Part shown: positions 29,508 to 38,973 of the stretch, in pieces
How positions within the stretch are numbered: position 1 is the first letter of the stretch
Layout of the letters: every line of letters starts with the position of its first letter
Translations under genes and position numbers: made by a program
Assembly: GCA_023229685.1 (NCBI GenBank)
Contig: JALNYT010000008.1
Span: 51,817 to 115,816 of the forward strand
Source of the DNA: Sulfuritalea sp.
GTDB lineage: Bacteria; Pseudomonadota; Gammaproteobacteria; Burkholderiales; Rhodocyclaceae
Reading direction: 5' to 3'
Length of the DNA stretch: 64,000 nucleotides
The notes under the pieces: model-generated
The model's input: only the letters and a program-made list of their open reading frames with translations
What the model was told of the DNA's origin: nothing
Database searches by the model: none

Positions 29508-30434
29508 TCAGCCCTCGATGCGGTGGACCTTGGCGTACTGGTGGCGGTTGTTGGCGATCAGGGCGACCAGCACGATGGCGGCTCCCATCAGTTCGATGGC
29601 TGCCGGGCGCCGGCCCTGATAGATGGCGATCAGGTAGGTGATGACTGGGGTGAAGTTGGCGAACAGGCCCGCGTTCAAGGGGCCCAGCTTGGCCACGCCC
29701 ATGTTCCAGAACAGGATGCCGAACACCGAGGCGAAGAGGATGAGGAAGGCGAGTTGCGGCCAGACCTCCAGCATTTTCGTCGTGGTCGGCGGCTGGCTGT
29801 GCCCGGCCAGCGTGGCGATGGCGACCGCGACCAGGATGGCAAAGCAGCCCAGCGAGCAGGACAGCGTCGTGTAGCGCACCGGCGACCAGCCGGGGAATTG
29901 CTGCCCGCCCAGCGTGTAGGCGGTCCAGAACAGCGAGGCGAGGAACACCAGGCCGTTGCCCAGCGCGTCGCCGCCGGTCAGTCGCGTCACGTCGCCCGCC
30001 GTGATGACGAACAGTTCGCCGAAGAGCGCCAGGGCGATGGCGCCGAGCGTGAAGTTGTCGGGTCGGCGATGCGTGCGCCACCACTGGAACAGGGCGACCT
30101 GTATCGGCCCCAGCGCCAGGATCATGCCGCTGATCTCGGGGCGCGTCAGTTTCAGGCCCTCGAACAGGCAGACGCCGAAGCCGGCGAAGCCGAGGGTGCC
30201 GAACAGGACGATTTTCCAGAACTGCCCTTCGGTGCGCAGCGCCGCGCGTCCTTCCCGAACCCAGAGCAGGCCGATGAAGACGAGTGCTGCGGTACTGAAG
30301 CGCATCGCCGTCAGCCAGTAGGGATCGACCGCCTGCAGGGCGGATTTGCCGACCGGCAGGAAGCCGCCCCAGATGGCGATCACCAGCAGCATGTAGAGCG
30401 TGCCGCGGCGGTGATTCCGGTGCTCGGGCGTCAT
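29508..30434 (-). CDS. DMT/EamA-family transporter
   Basis: Ten-TM-like hydrophobic profile with two EamA repeats. ATG 30434 is preferred; the track start 30467 would overlap the upstream gene. Confidence 0.75.
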   Translation of the reverse strand: MTPEHRNHRRGTLYMLLVIAIWGGFLPVGKSALQAVDPYWLTAMRFSTAALVFIGLLWVREGRAALRTEGQFWKIVLFGTLGFAGFGVCLFEGLKLTRPEISGMILALGPIQVALFQWWRTHRRPDNFTLGAIALALFGELFVITAGDVTRLTGGDALGNGLVFLASLFWTAYTLGGQQFPGWSPVRYTTLSCSLGCFAILVAVAIATLAGHSQPPTTTKMLEVWPQLAFLILFASVFGILFWNMGVAKLGPLNAGLFANFTPVITYLIAIYQGRRPAAIELMGAAIVLVALIANNRHQYAKVHRIEG

Positions 30435-30441
30435 CGGGCGT

Positions 30442-31188
30442 TCACAACTTGAGCACGCCGCGGACAAGATGCCGCGATTGCGCGAGCCGGGTCAGCGCCG
30501 GCAGCAGATTGAGGCCGGTCTCCGCCTTCAGGTGCGCCGCGGCGGTCTTCAGTTCTTCAAGAGTCGGCGCTGGTGGCGCGCCGATCGCGCCCAGCGCAAT
30601 GGCATTGCCGCTCTCGCAGGCGGGAAAGGAGATGGCACGGCCTTCGAAGGCGTCTTGCAGGCGCGTCACGCTGTTGTGGAAATCCTTGCGGCGCGACAGC
30701 AGGTTCACGCACAGCAGCCCGTCGTCCGCCAGGCGGGCGCGGCAGTCGAGGTAGAAGGGCAGGGTATCGAGTCGCCCGGTGCGGGCGTCGGCATCGTAGC
30801 CGTCGACCAGGATCAGGTCGTAGTGCTGCCTGGTCTTGATGATGAAGTCGGCGCCGTCGTCATGGCGGATGTCGATCCGCGCCGGATCGTCGGGCAGCTT
30901 GAAAAACTGCCGGGCGGCGGCCGTCACGCGCGGGTCGATTTCGATCACGGTCAGCTTTGCCTGCGGCCGGTAGCGGTAGAGAAACTTGGTCAGCGAAGCG
31001 GCGCCCAGCCCGATCAGCAACACCTTGCGCGGCCAGTCGTCGGGGTGCAGCAGCAGCGGCACCATCATGCCGCGGGTGTAGTCCAGTTCCAGCGCAAAGG
31101 GCCGCGCGATGCGCATCGCGCCCTGCACCCAGTCCGATCCGAAATGCAGATAGCGGACGCCCGCCTCCTCGCTGATGTCTATGTTCAT
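30442..31188 (-). CDS. Spermidine-synthase-like SAM-fold protein
   Basis: VLLIGLGAASLTKFL...VIEIDPRV...DLILVDGYD Rossmann-type motifs. ATG 31188 was chosen (MNIDISEE). Confidence 0.6.
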   Translation of the reverse strand: MNIDISEEAGVRYLHFGSDWVQGAMRIARPFALELDYTRGMMVPLLLHPDDWPRKVLLIGLGAASLTKFLYRYRPQAKLTVIEIDPRVTAAARQFFKLPDDPARIDIRHDDGADFIIKTRQHYDLILVDGYDADARTGRLDTLPFYLDCRARLADDGLLCVNLLSRRKDFHNSVTRLQDAFEGRAISFPACESGNAIALGAIGAPPAPTLEELKTAAAHLKAETGLNLLPALTRLAQSRHLVRGVLKL

Positions 31189-31237
31189 TTCGGCAGGTCG
31201 GCAGCGGCACGGCGGAACTGGGGAGGGGCGGCTTCCT

Positions 31238-32098
31238 TCAATGCAGCAGCCGCCCGTCGGGCGGAAACAGCTCGTCGACGATTTCGGCGCCGAAGCGGTA
31301 TTCGTGGCCGCAGATCTCGTCTTCGATGGCAATCACCTCGGCATCGGCAAGCATGGCCTCGAGTTCTTCGCGGCCCAGCGAGAGCAGCATGTTGCGTACC
31401 TTCTCTTCGTCGCGCGGGCAGTGCCAGACGGCTTGGCGCGGCGCAAACAGGCGCACCTTTTCCTCGCCGAACAGCCGGGTCAGGAGGGTCTCCGGCGGCA
31501 GCGCCAGTTCCTCGGGATGCACGGTGGCGGCGAGTTGTTCGATGCGGTTCCAGCCATCCGGATCGCGCCGATCGGCATCCGGCAGCTTTTGCAGAAACAA
31601 TCCGCAGGCGGTGTCGGCCGTCGCCGCCAGCCACAGGCGGGCGGGCTGCTGTTCGGACTGTTCCAGGTAGTGTTCGAAGATGGCCGCCAGCGTGTTGCCT
31701 TCAATCGGCACCACGCTCTGGTAGGGAGTCTCCGCCGTCTTCGGCTGCAGCGTCAGCACCAGCCGGCCATCGCCGAGCAGGCCGCCGACGGTCAGCACAT
31801 TGGCTTCGGCGTCGGCGCTCAGTTCGCTCTTGGCCATGCCGCGCAGTTGCAGCTGTTCATTGCAGTCCATCACCAGCATCGACACCGGGCCGTGGCCCTG
31901 CAACTGGAAGCTCAGGCGCCCGGGCGTTTTCAGGTTGCTGCCCATCAGCGCGGTAACGGCCGCCAGTTCGCCCAGCAGGTCGCGCACCGGTACCGCGTAG
32001 TTGCGGCGACCGGTTATCGCCGCCCAGGACGGGCCGAGTTGCACCAGCACGCCGCGGATGTCGAGGTCTTCCAGCAGAAAGGGATGAACACTGTCCAT
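31238..32098 (-). CDS. hslO: Hsp33-family chaperone HslO (variant lacking two of the four zinc-binding Cys)
   Basis: FLLEDLDIRGVLVQL...MLVMDCN...LFGEEKVRLF. ATGA overlap with the upstream ArsC-family gene. Confidence 0.75.
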   Translation of the reverse strand: MDSVHPFLLEDLDIRGVLVQLGPSWAAITGRRNYAVPVRDLLGELAAVTALMGSNLKTPGRLSFQLQGHGPVSMLVMDCNEQLQLRGMAKSELSADAEANVLTVGGLLGDGRLVLTLQPKTAETPYQSVVPIEGNTLAAIFEHYLEQSEQQPARLWLAATADTACGLFLQKLPDADRRDPDGWNRIEQLAATVHPEELALPPETLLTRLFGEEKVRLFAPRQAVWHCPRDEEKVRNMLLSLGREELEAMLADAEVIAIEDEICGHEYRFGAEIVDELFPPDGRLLH

Positions 32099-32445
32099 CA
32101 GCGCACGAAGCTGTCGAATATGGTCGGATCGAACCCCACCAGAATCTGTCCGGCGTCGTTTTCGACCACCGGGCGGCGGATCACGCTGGAGTGCTCCAGC
32201 ATCAGCTCCACGGCCTGGCCCTGGGTGGTGATGGCCTGCTGTTCGGGCGTCAGCTTGCGCCAGGTGGGGCCCTTGGTATTCATCAGGGTCTGCCAGCCCA
32301 GCGTGCGGCACCAGTGCACCAGCCGCTCGCGCGGCACGCCCTGTTTCTTGTAGTCGTGGAATTCGTAGCTGATGCCGTGGGAGTCGCACCAGGCGAAGGC
32401 CTTCTTCATGGTGTCGCAATTCTTGATGCCGTAGATTTTGATCAT
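32098..32445 (-). CDS. ArsC/Spx-family reductase-like protein (YffB type)
   Basis: MIKIYGIKNCDTMKKA...RRPV pattern. Confidence 0.75.
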   Translation of the reverse strand: MIKIYGIKNCDTMKKAFAWCDSHGISYEFHDYKKQGVPRERLVHWCRTLGWQTLMNTKGPTWRKLTPEQQAITTQGQAVELMLEHSSVIRRPVVENDAGQILVGFDPTIFDSFVR

Positions 32446-32513
32446 TGCGGTGCGCGGAGCGGAATCAGGGGGTGGGATGGCGAATCATAACAAACGCGGC
32501 ATAATCGACCGCC

Positions 32514-33602
32514 ATGGAGACCCCTATTCGCAGTGAGGCGCAGCGGCGCGCCGACGAGATCGCAATCTTCCAGGCGGAGCTGGCCCGCCTCGAAGCCGAA
32601 GGTGTACTGCGGCTCGATCCGGCGCAGCAGCAGGCTGTGCGCGAACACCATGCCGCATTGCTCGCAGGATTCGCCGGTCGCTTCGATATCGACCGCGACG
32701 CCCAGGCCAGGCAGCTTTCGCTCGGCATGCGGGTGGCGTCCTTCCTCGGCGCGCTGGCGCTGGCGGCCAGCGTCTTCTTTCTTTTCTACCAGTTCTGGGG
32801 ACACTTCGACGAGACGGCCCAGGTCGCGATCCTGCTCGGCGCCGCGCTCGGCAGCATGGCGCTGACGGTCTGGATTCAGACGCGCGACGCGTCAGGCTAC
32901 TTCACCAAGCTGGCGGCGCTGGTGGCCTTCGCCTGCTTCGTGCTCAATCTGTCCATGCTCGGCCAGATCTTCAACATCACGCCCACCGACCGCGCCCTGC
33001 TGCCGTGGGCGGCGCTGGCTTTCCTGCTCGCCTATGCCTGCGACCTGCGCCTGTTGCTGGCGGCGGGCATCTGCTGCGTGATCGCCTTCGTCGCCGCCCG
33101 CGTCGGCACATGGAGCGGCGTCTACTGGCTGCATACCGGCGAGCGGCCGGAGAATTTCTTTCCCGTCGCGGCGCTGCTGTTCGCGGTCCCGGCACTGGTC
33201 GCGCATCGCCGGCTGTCGGGGTTCGCACCCATTTATCGCATCTTCGGCCTGCTCTGCCTGCTGCTGCCCATGCTGGTGCTCGGCCACTGGGGCTGGGGCA
33301 GCTATCTGGCCGGCTATGAAGGTTTCGAAACACGTACCATCGAAGGCGGCTACGAGCTTGCCGGCTTTGTCGCCAGCGCCCTGGCGATCTGGGTCGGCGC
33401 GCGCCGGCAGTGGTCCGACACGGTCAACACCGGCATCACCTTCTTCGTCATCTTTCTCTACACCAAGTTTTTCGACTGGTGGTGGGATGTGATGCCGAAG
33501 TACCTGTTTTTCCTGGTGCTCGGGCTCGCCGCGATCCTGATTCTGCTGGTGCTGAAACGCCTGCGCCGGCTGGGTCGCAACGCCGGGGAGGGCGCGCCAT
33601 GA
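32514..33602 (+). CDS. DUF2157-like polytopic membrane protein
   Basis: Soluble helical N-terminus, then about ten hydrophobic helices. Family name is from recollection only. Confidence 0.5.
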   Translation: METPIRSEAQRRADEIAIFQAELARLEAEGVLRLDPAQQQAVREHHAALLAGFAGRFDIDRDAQARQLSLGMRVASFLGALALAASVFFLFYQFWGHFDETAQVAILLGAALGSMALTVWIQTRDASGYFTKLAALVAFACFVLNLSMLGQIFNITPTDRALLPWAALAFLLAYACDLRLLLAAGICCVIAFVAARVGTWSGVYWLHTGERPENFFPVAALLFAVPALVAHRRLSGFAPIYRIFGLLCLLLPMLVLGHWGWGSYLAGYEGFETRTIEGGYELAGFVASALAIWVGARRQWSDTVNTGITFFVIFLYTKFFDWWWDVMPKYLFFLVLGLAAILILLVLKRLRRLGRNAGEGAP

Positions 33603-34462
33603 AGCTCACACCCTGGAAGACCCTGGCCGCCGGTGCGCTGCTGATCCTGCTGGCCAACGCCGTGGCTCTGACCGGCGTCTATCTCAATCGCAGCGGCGAG
33701 GCGGACAGCCGCCTCACGCTCTCGCAGCGCGAACTGACCATGCCCTGGGGCTGGGGCATGACCGGGGAGAACAGCGGGATGGCACTGGCGCTGAATTGGC
33801 GGGTGGCCGATGCGAGTGCCGGGGAGTATTACGGCGGCGGCTTTGGCCGCGGCGGCGGCACGCCGGACTGGCTGGATACCGAGCGCATGGCAGCGCTCGG
33901 TTTCGACACCGCCGAGCTGTCCGCCGGGACTGCGGGGCGTCGCCGTATCGAGCGCGCTTTGCCGCGCGAAGTGCTGCTGGTGCTGGAGTTGGCCGGCCCG
34001 GCCTGGCAACAGGCGCAGGAACGGGCGCGGCAGAACGCGGCCCGCCACGAAGCGGCGCGACTGGCGAATGCCGACAGCAAGGAGTTCGCCGAAAAGGCCA
34101 AGCGCGCGCAAGAGCAACTGCAGCGCGAGGAGAACCTGAACAGCCGCCTGTTCGCCATCGATGCCGGACTCGACCGCGCCGCCCTGCGCGCCAAATACCC
34201 GGGCCGCAGCCGCTACCTGATCCTCAAGGGGACGGTGCGGCCGCGAGTGGCGACTTACGAGAAGAAGACGCGGGTCACCGGTTATGTCAGCGCGCTGGCC
34301 GTGGCGCAGATCAACGTCCCGCATGCCCTGCGCCCGCTGCTGGAGCCGGTGCTACGGACACCCAGACGCATGGCGGATGGTTCCGGCGCGCACTTCGAGG
34401 CTGTGCTTGCGGTGGGTCAGCGCCTGGAACCGTGGCTGGAGTCGGTGCTGGTGACACGGTGA
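33599..34462 (+). CDS. Exported/membrane-anchored hypothetical protein (DUF4824-like)
   Basis: ATGA overlap with the previous gene. N-terminal anchor LLILLANAVALTGVYLNRSGE. Family name is tentative. Confidence 0.4.
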   Translation: MKLTPWKTLAAGALLILLANAVALTGVYLNRSGEADSRLTLSQRELTMPWGWGMTGENSGMALALNWRVADASAGEYYGGGFGRGGGTPDWLDTERMAALGFDTAELSAGTAGRRRIERALPREVLLVLELAGPAWQQAQERARQNAARHEAARLANADSKEFAEKAKRAQEQLQREENLNSRLFAIDAGLDRAALRAKYPGRSRYLILKGTVRPRVATYEKKTRVTGYVSALAVAQINVPHALRPLLEPVLRTPRRMADGSGAHFEAVLAVGQRLEPWLESVLVTR

Positions 34463-34515
34463 GCGGGCCTATGAGTCGAGCCGTGGAAGGCGCAAACACG
34501 GCATAATCACCCGCC

Positions 34516-35673
34516 ATGAATACATCTACTTTTCTGCGTCGCGTGCTGCCGGCCTTGCTTCTTGTCGCCGTCGTGGTCGGTGCCTTTTTCTGGACCACGC
34601 GCGCCAAGCCGGTCAGCGTGGTGCTGAAGACCGTTGATCGCGGCAATGTCGAATCCACCGTGGTCAACACCCGCGCCGGCACGGTGGAAGCCTGCCTGCG
34701 CACCAAGCTGTCCACCATCATGGGCGGCCGCATCGAGTTCCTCGGCGTCAAGGAAGGCGACAAGGTGAAGAAGGGCCAGCTCCTGATGAAGCTGTGGAAC
34801 GACGACCAGAAAGCGCAGCAGACGCTGGCCGAAGCCCAGCGCGCCTCGGCGACGCAGCGCGTGAAGGAGGTGTGCACCACGGCCGCCAGTTCGCTGCGCG
34901 AGGCCGAGCGTCAGACCTCCTTGCGCGGTCGCGGCTTTGTTTCCGAGGCCAAGGAGGATGCGGCGCGCAGCGAGGCCGATGCCCGTCGCGCCGCCTGCGA
35001 TACGGCGCGGGCCGACATCGTGCAGGCCGAAGCACGGATCAACGTGACGAAGGTCGAGCAGGGCCGCATGGTGCTTTATGCGCCCTTCGACGGCACGGTG
35101 GCGAAGATCGTCGGCGAACTCGGCGAGTATTCGACGCCGTCGCCGCCGGGCGTGCCGACGCCGCCGGCGATCGACCTGATCGATGACTCCTGCCTCTACA
35201 TCAACGCGCCGATGGATGAAGTCGATGCGCCCAAGATCAAGGCCGGCCTGCCGGTGCGCGTCTCGCTCGATGCGATGCCCAAGCAGCCGCTGAAGGGCAA
35301 GGTGCGGCGCGTGGCGCCCTACGTCCTGGCGGTGGAGAAGCAGGCGCGCACGGTCGATGTCGAGGTCGATTTCGAGAGACCGGCGACGGGGAACCTCCTG
35401 GTGGGCTACAGCGCTGACGTGGAGATCGTGCTCGATACGCGCCCCAATGTGCTGCGGGTGCCGACGGCGGCGCTGATCGAGGGCGGCCGGGTGATGGTGC
35501 TGAACGCGGATACCGGCAAGCTCGAAGAGCGCAAGGTCAAGGCCGGGGTCGCCAACTGGGAGTTCACGGAAATCGTCGAAGGGCTGGTCGAAGGCGAGCG
35601 CATCGTCATCTCGCTGGAACGCGATGGCGTGAAAGTCGGCGCTCGCGCCACGGCGGACGATAAATCGAAATGA
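34516..35673 (+). CDS. HlyD/MacA-family periplasmic adaptor subunit
   Basis: N-terminal TM helix, lipoyl/barrel motifs (IMGGRIEFLGVKEGDKVKKGQLLMKL) and a coiled-coil middle. Confidence 0.85.
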   Translation: MNTSTFLRRVLPALLLVAVVVGAFFWTTRAKPVSVVLKTVDRGNVESTVVNTRAGTVEACLRTKLSTIMGGRIEFLGVKEGDKVKKGQLLMKLWNDDQKAQQTLAEAQRASATQRVKEVCTTAASSLREAERQTSLRGRGFVSEAKEDAARSEADARRAACDTARADIVQAEARINVTKVEQGRMVLYAPFDGTVAKIVGELGEYSTPSPPGVPTPPAIDLIDDSCLYINAPMDEVDAPKIKAGLPVRVSLDAMPKQPLKGKVRRVAPYVLAVEKQARTVDVEVDFERPATGNLLVGYSADVEIVLDTRPNVLRVPTAALIEGGRVMVLNADTGKLEERKVKAGVANWEFTEIVEGLVEGERIVISLERDGVKVGARATADDKSK

Positions 35674-35676
35674 CGG

Positions 35677-35713
35677 CATATCCCCCGCCCCCTTTGCCGG
35701 GCAAAGGGGTGAC
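35677..35713. repeat. Palindromic REP-like element, family A, copy 2
   Basis: CATATCCCCCGCCCCCTTTGCCGGGCAAAGGGGTGAC, located between the adaptor and ATPase genes. Confidence 0.6.
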
Positions 35714-35755
35714 AGCAGTTCAGCCGCTACGCGGCTTCCGCACAGGACATTGAGC

Positions 35756-36553
35756 ATGGCCGTAATCGAACTCGCCGGGATCGAGCGCATCTTCCACCTC
35801 GGCGACAGCGTGGTGCATGCGCTGACCCATCTCGATGTCGGCATCGAGGCCGGTGAATATGTGGCGATCATGGGGCCGTCGGGTTCCGGCAAGTCCACGC
35901 TGCTCAACCTGCTGGGTCTGCTCGACCGGCCCGATGCCGGCTCCTACCGTCTCGAAGGCCGCGATGTGACGACGCTGTCGCCGGACGAACAGGCCGCCGT
36001 GCGCAGCCAGCGGATCGGTTTCGTGTTCCAGAGTTTTCATCTGGTGCCACGCCTCACGGCGGCAGAGAACATCGGCCTGCCGATGATGCTGGCCGGCATC
36101 CCGGCCGCGGAACGGGCACGGCGCGTTACGCAGGCGCTCAAGGATTTCGGTCTCGACCAGCGCGCCGATCATCGTCCCGACCAGCTTTCCGGCGGCCAGC
36201 GGCAACGCGTCGCGATTGCGCGCGCCACCATCATGCAGCCCGCCGTGCTGCTGGCCGACGAGCCGACCGGCAATCTCGATCGTGCCACCGGTGAAGACGT
36301 GATCCACCTGCTGGAAGTCCTCAACCAGCGCGGCATGACCCTGATCGTCGTCACCCACGACCCGAAAATCGGTACCCGGGCGCGTCGCCAGTTGCTGATG
36401 GAAGACGGTGAACTGCGGCATGACAGCGCCGCAGTTCACCTTCGGTCCGTGGACGACAATCCCCCCGGCCCCCTTTCCGGGAAAGGGGGTGACGATGTTT
36501 CGCCGGCGGCGCCGGCTCTGGGCGAAAGAAGCGCGCCCTCGAGCACCGCCTGA
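35756..36553 (+). CDS. ABC transporter ATP-binding protein (MacB/LolD-type) with an atypical ~45-aa C-terminal tail
   Basis: Walker A GPSGSGKST, signature LSGGQRQR, Walker B LLADEPTGNLD. The reading frame continues through REP copy 3 to 36553. Confidence 0.85.
   Translation: MAVIELAGIERIFHLGDSVVHALTHLDVGIEAGEYVAIMGPSGSGKSTLLNLLGLLDRPDAGSYRLEGRDVTTLSPDEQAAVRSQRIGFVFQSFHLVPRLTAAENIGLPMMLAGIPAAERARRVTQALKDFGLDQRADHRPDQLSGGQRQRVAIARATIMQPAVLLADEPTGNLDRATGEDVIHLLEVLNQRGMTLIVVTHDPKIGTRARRQLLMEDGELRHDSAAVHLRSVDDNPPGPLSGKGGDDVSPAAPALGERSAPSSTA
36457..36493. repeat. Palindromic REP-like element, family A, copy 3 (inside the 3' end of the ATPase ORF)
   Basis: CAATCCCCCCGGCCCCCTTTCCGGGAAAGGGGGTGAC. 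Confidence 0.6.
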
Positions 36554-36562
36554 GGCGACACC

Positions 36563-37771
36563 ATGCGCACCGCCGACGTCCTGCGTTTCGCCCGCGATGC
36601 GGCGGCCGGCTACCCGCTGCGCACCGCGCTCTCGGTACTGGCCATGGCGATCGGCGTCGCTGCCGTAGTGGTGCTCACCTCGCTCGGTGACGGCGCGCGG
36701 CGTTATGTGGTCGAGCAGTTTTCCGCGCTCGGCAGCAACCTGGTCATTGTCCTGCCGGGGCGCTCGGCCACCGGCGGCTTCAGCCCGGCCAATGCGGTCA
36801 CCACCACGCCGCGCGACCTGACCGTGGATGATGCCGCGGCACTGATCCGCCTGCCCGCGGTGCGGCGCGTGGCGCCAGTGGTGGCCGGCAACTCGGAGAT
36901 CAACGCCAATGGACGGCTGCGCGAAACCGTGGTGGCCGGTACCGTCGCCAGCTATCGTGATATTCGCAGCTTCAAGATGGCGCAGGGGACCTTCCTGCCG
37001 GAAGCGGACTGGAATCGCGGGGCGCTGGTGGCCGTGATCGGCGCCAAGATTCAGGAGGAAATTTTTGCCGGCCGTCCGGCGGTAGGGGAACTGATTCGGC
37101 TCGGCGACCGGCGCCTGCGCATCGTCGGCGTGCTCAAGTCGGTCGGGCAGGGGCTGGGCATGAACACCGACGAGTTGGTATTCGTCCCCGTCAGCGTCGC
37201 CCAGAGCCTGTTCAACACCCATACCCTGTTTCGCGTCCTGGTCGAGGCCAGGAGCCGCGACGACCTGGAGGCGGTCAAGCGCGAGGTGACGGCTTTGCTC
37301 AAGGCTCGCCATGGCGGCGAGGAGGATGTCACGGTGATTACCCAGGACGCCGTGCTCGCCACCTTCGACAAGCTGCTGCGCGCGCTGACCGCTGCGGTGG
37401 CGGGCATCGCAGCGATCAGCCTGGCCGTGGCCGGCATTCTGGTAATGAACGTGATGCTGGTGGCGGTGACCCAGCGCACGGCGGAGATTGGCCTGCTCAA
37501 GGCGCTCGGCGCACGCGGCGCCACGATCCGCGACGCCTTCCTGGCCGAAGCGGCGATGATTTCCCTGGCTGGCGCGCTGACCGGATACGGTCTCGGCCTT
37601 TTCGGCGCCTTCGTCCTGCGCCAGATGTACCCGGTGTTTCCCGCCTATCCGCCGGACTGGGCCGTGATCGCGGCACTCGCCACGGCACTCGGCACCGGCC
37701 TCCTGTTCGGCATCATGCCGGCGCGGCGCGCGGCGCGGCTGGACCCCGTGCAGGCCCTCATGAAGCACTGA
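36563..37771 (+). CDS. ABC transporter permease, FtsX/MacB-type
   Basis: N-terminal TM helix, a large periplasmic domain, and a C-terminal FtsX 3-TM bundle (MPARRAARLDPVQAL). Confidence 0.85.
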   Translation: MRTADVLRFARDAAAGYPLRTALSVLAMAIGVAAVVVLTSLGDGARRYVVEQFSALGSNLVIVLPGRSATGGFSPANAVTTTPRDLTVDDAAALIRLPAVRRVAPVVAGNSEINANGRLRETVVAGTVASYRDIRSFKMAQGTFLPEADWNRGALVAVIGAKIQEEIFAGRPAVGELIRLGDRRLRIVGVLKSVGQGLGMNTDELVFVPVSVAQSLFNTHTLFRVLVEARSRDDLEAVKREVTALLKARHGGEEDVTVITQDAVLATFDKLLRALTAAVAGIAAISLAVAGILVMNVMLVAVTQRTAEIGLLKALGARGATIRDAFLAEAAMISLAGALTGYGLGLFGAFVLRQMYPVFPAYPPDWAVIAALATALGTGLLFGIMPARRAARLDPVQALMKH

Positions 37772-37773
37772 CC

Positions 37774-38973
37774 ATGCTTTTGACCGACTCCCTCACCCTG
37801 GCAATTCGCGCCATCAGTTCCCAGCGCCTGCGCAGCTTCCTGACGCTGCTCGGGATTGCCGTCGGCATCGCCGCGGTGATCCTGCTGACCTCGATCGGCG
37901 AGGGCATCCACCGCTATGTGCTGTCCGAATTCACCCAGTTCGGCACCAATGTCGTCGGCGTTCATCCGGGACGGACCAAGACCGGCGGCATGACCACCGG
38001 CCTGCCCAGCAGCGCCAGGCCGCTTTCGCTGGAGGACGCCGAGGCGCTGATGCGGATGCCCAATGTGGTGGCCGGCACGCCCAGTGTCTTCGGCAATGCG
38101 GAGGTCGGCGGCAACGGCCGCCTGCGGCGCGTCGTGGTCTATGGCGTTGGCCCCGGCCTGCTCACCGTGTTCCGGGCCAAGGTGCGCAGCGGCCAGTTCC
38201 TGCCGCCGGACGAGGCCGGCAGCGCCCGCGCCCAGGTGGTGCTCGGTCCCAAGCTGAAGAACGAACTGTTCGGCGCCGAGAATGCCCTCGGCGCGCGGGT
38301 TCGCATCGGTGGCCTGCAATTCCGCGTGATCGGCATCATGGAAGCCAAGGGCCAGTTTCTCGGCATCGATCTCGACGACACGGCCTACATCCCGGCGGCG
38401 CGCGCCCTCGAACTGTTCAATCGGGAGGGCCTCAACGAAATCAATATCTCCGTGGCCGAGGGAGTGCCTGCCGCGAGCGTGGTGGCGGCGGCCAAGCAGG
38501 TGATCAAGGCCCGCCACGGCAGTGAGGATGTGACCATCATCAGCCAGGAGGAAATGATGAGCACGATGTCGAACATCCTCGACGTGCTGACCATGGCCGT
38601 CGGCGCGCTGGGCGGCATCTCGCTGCTGGTCGGCGGCGTCGGCATCGTCACCATCATGACCATCGCCGTCACCGAGCGGACCAACGAGATCGGCCTGCTG
38701 GTGGCGCTCGGCGCGCGGCGGCAGACCATTCTTGGCCTGTTCCTCGGCGAAGCCGTGGCGCTCGCCGCGCTCGGCGGGGTGGTCGGCCTGCTGCTGGGCA
38801 TGGGCCTGGCGCAGTTGATCAGCTTCTTCGTCCCCGCCCTGCCGGTGCATACTCCCCTGTCGTTCGTGCTGCTGGCCGAAGTCCTGGCAGCATCCATCGG
38901 CCTCGCCGCCGGCGTGCTGCCGGCGCGGCGCGCGGCGCTGCTGGATCCGGTGGAGGCGCTAAGGACGGAGTGA
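37774..38973 (+). CDS. ABC transporter permease, FtsX/MacB-type (paralogue)
   Basis: Same architecture as the previous gene (LPARRAALLDPVEALR). Confidence 0.85.
   Translation: MLLTDSLTLAIRAISSQRLRSFLTLLGIAVGIAAVILLTSIGEGIHRYVLSEFTQFGTNVVGVHPGRTKTGGMTTGLPSSARPLSLEDAEALMRMPNVVAGTPSVFGNAEVGGNGRLRRVVVYGVGPGLLTVFRAKVRSGQFLPPDEAGSARAQVVLGPKLKNELFGAENALGARVRIGGLQFRVIGIMEAKGQFLGIDLDDTAYIPAARALELFNREGLNEINISVAEGVPAASVVAAAKQVIKARHGSEDVTIISQEEMMSTMSNILDVLTMAVGALGGISLLVGGVGIVTIMTIAVTERTNEIGLLVALGARRQTILGLFLGEAVALAALGGVVGLLLGMGLAQLISFFVPALPVHTPLSFVLLAEVLAASIGLAAGVLPARRAALLDPVEALRTE

Noticed and set aside
29238-30452. 404-aa plus-strand ORF next to the cassette array, considered as a possible integron integrase
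   Set aside because: It is antisense to the DMT transporter, has low-complexity Arg/Gly/Gln/Asp-rich sequence, and contains no tyrosine-recombinase R..HxxR..Y pattern.
35720-37768. 682-aa minus-strand ORF
   Set aside because: Antisense to the ABC ATPase and the first FtsX permease, which have unambiguous Walker and FtsX motifs.
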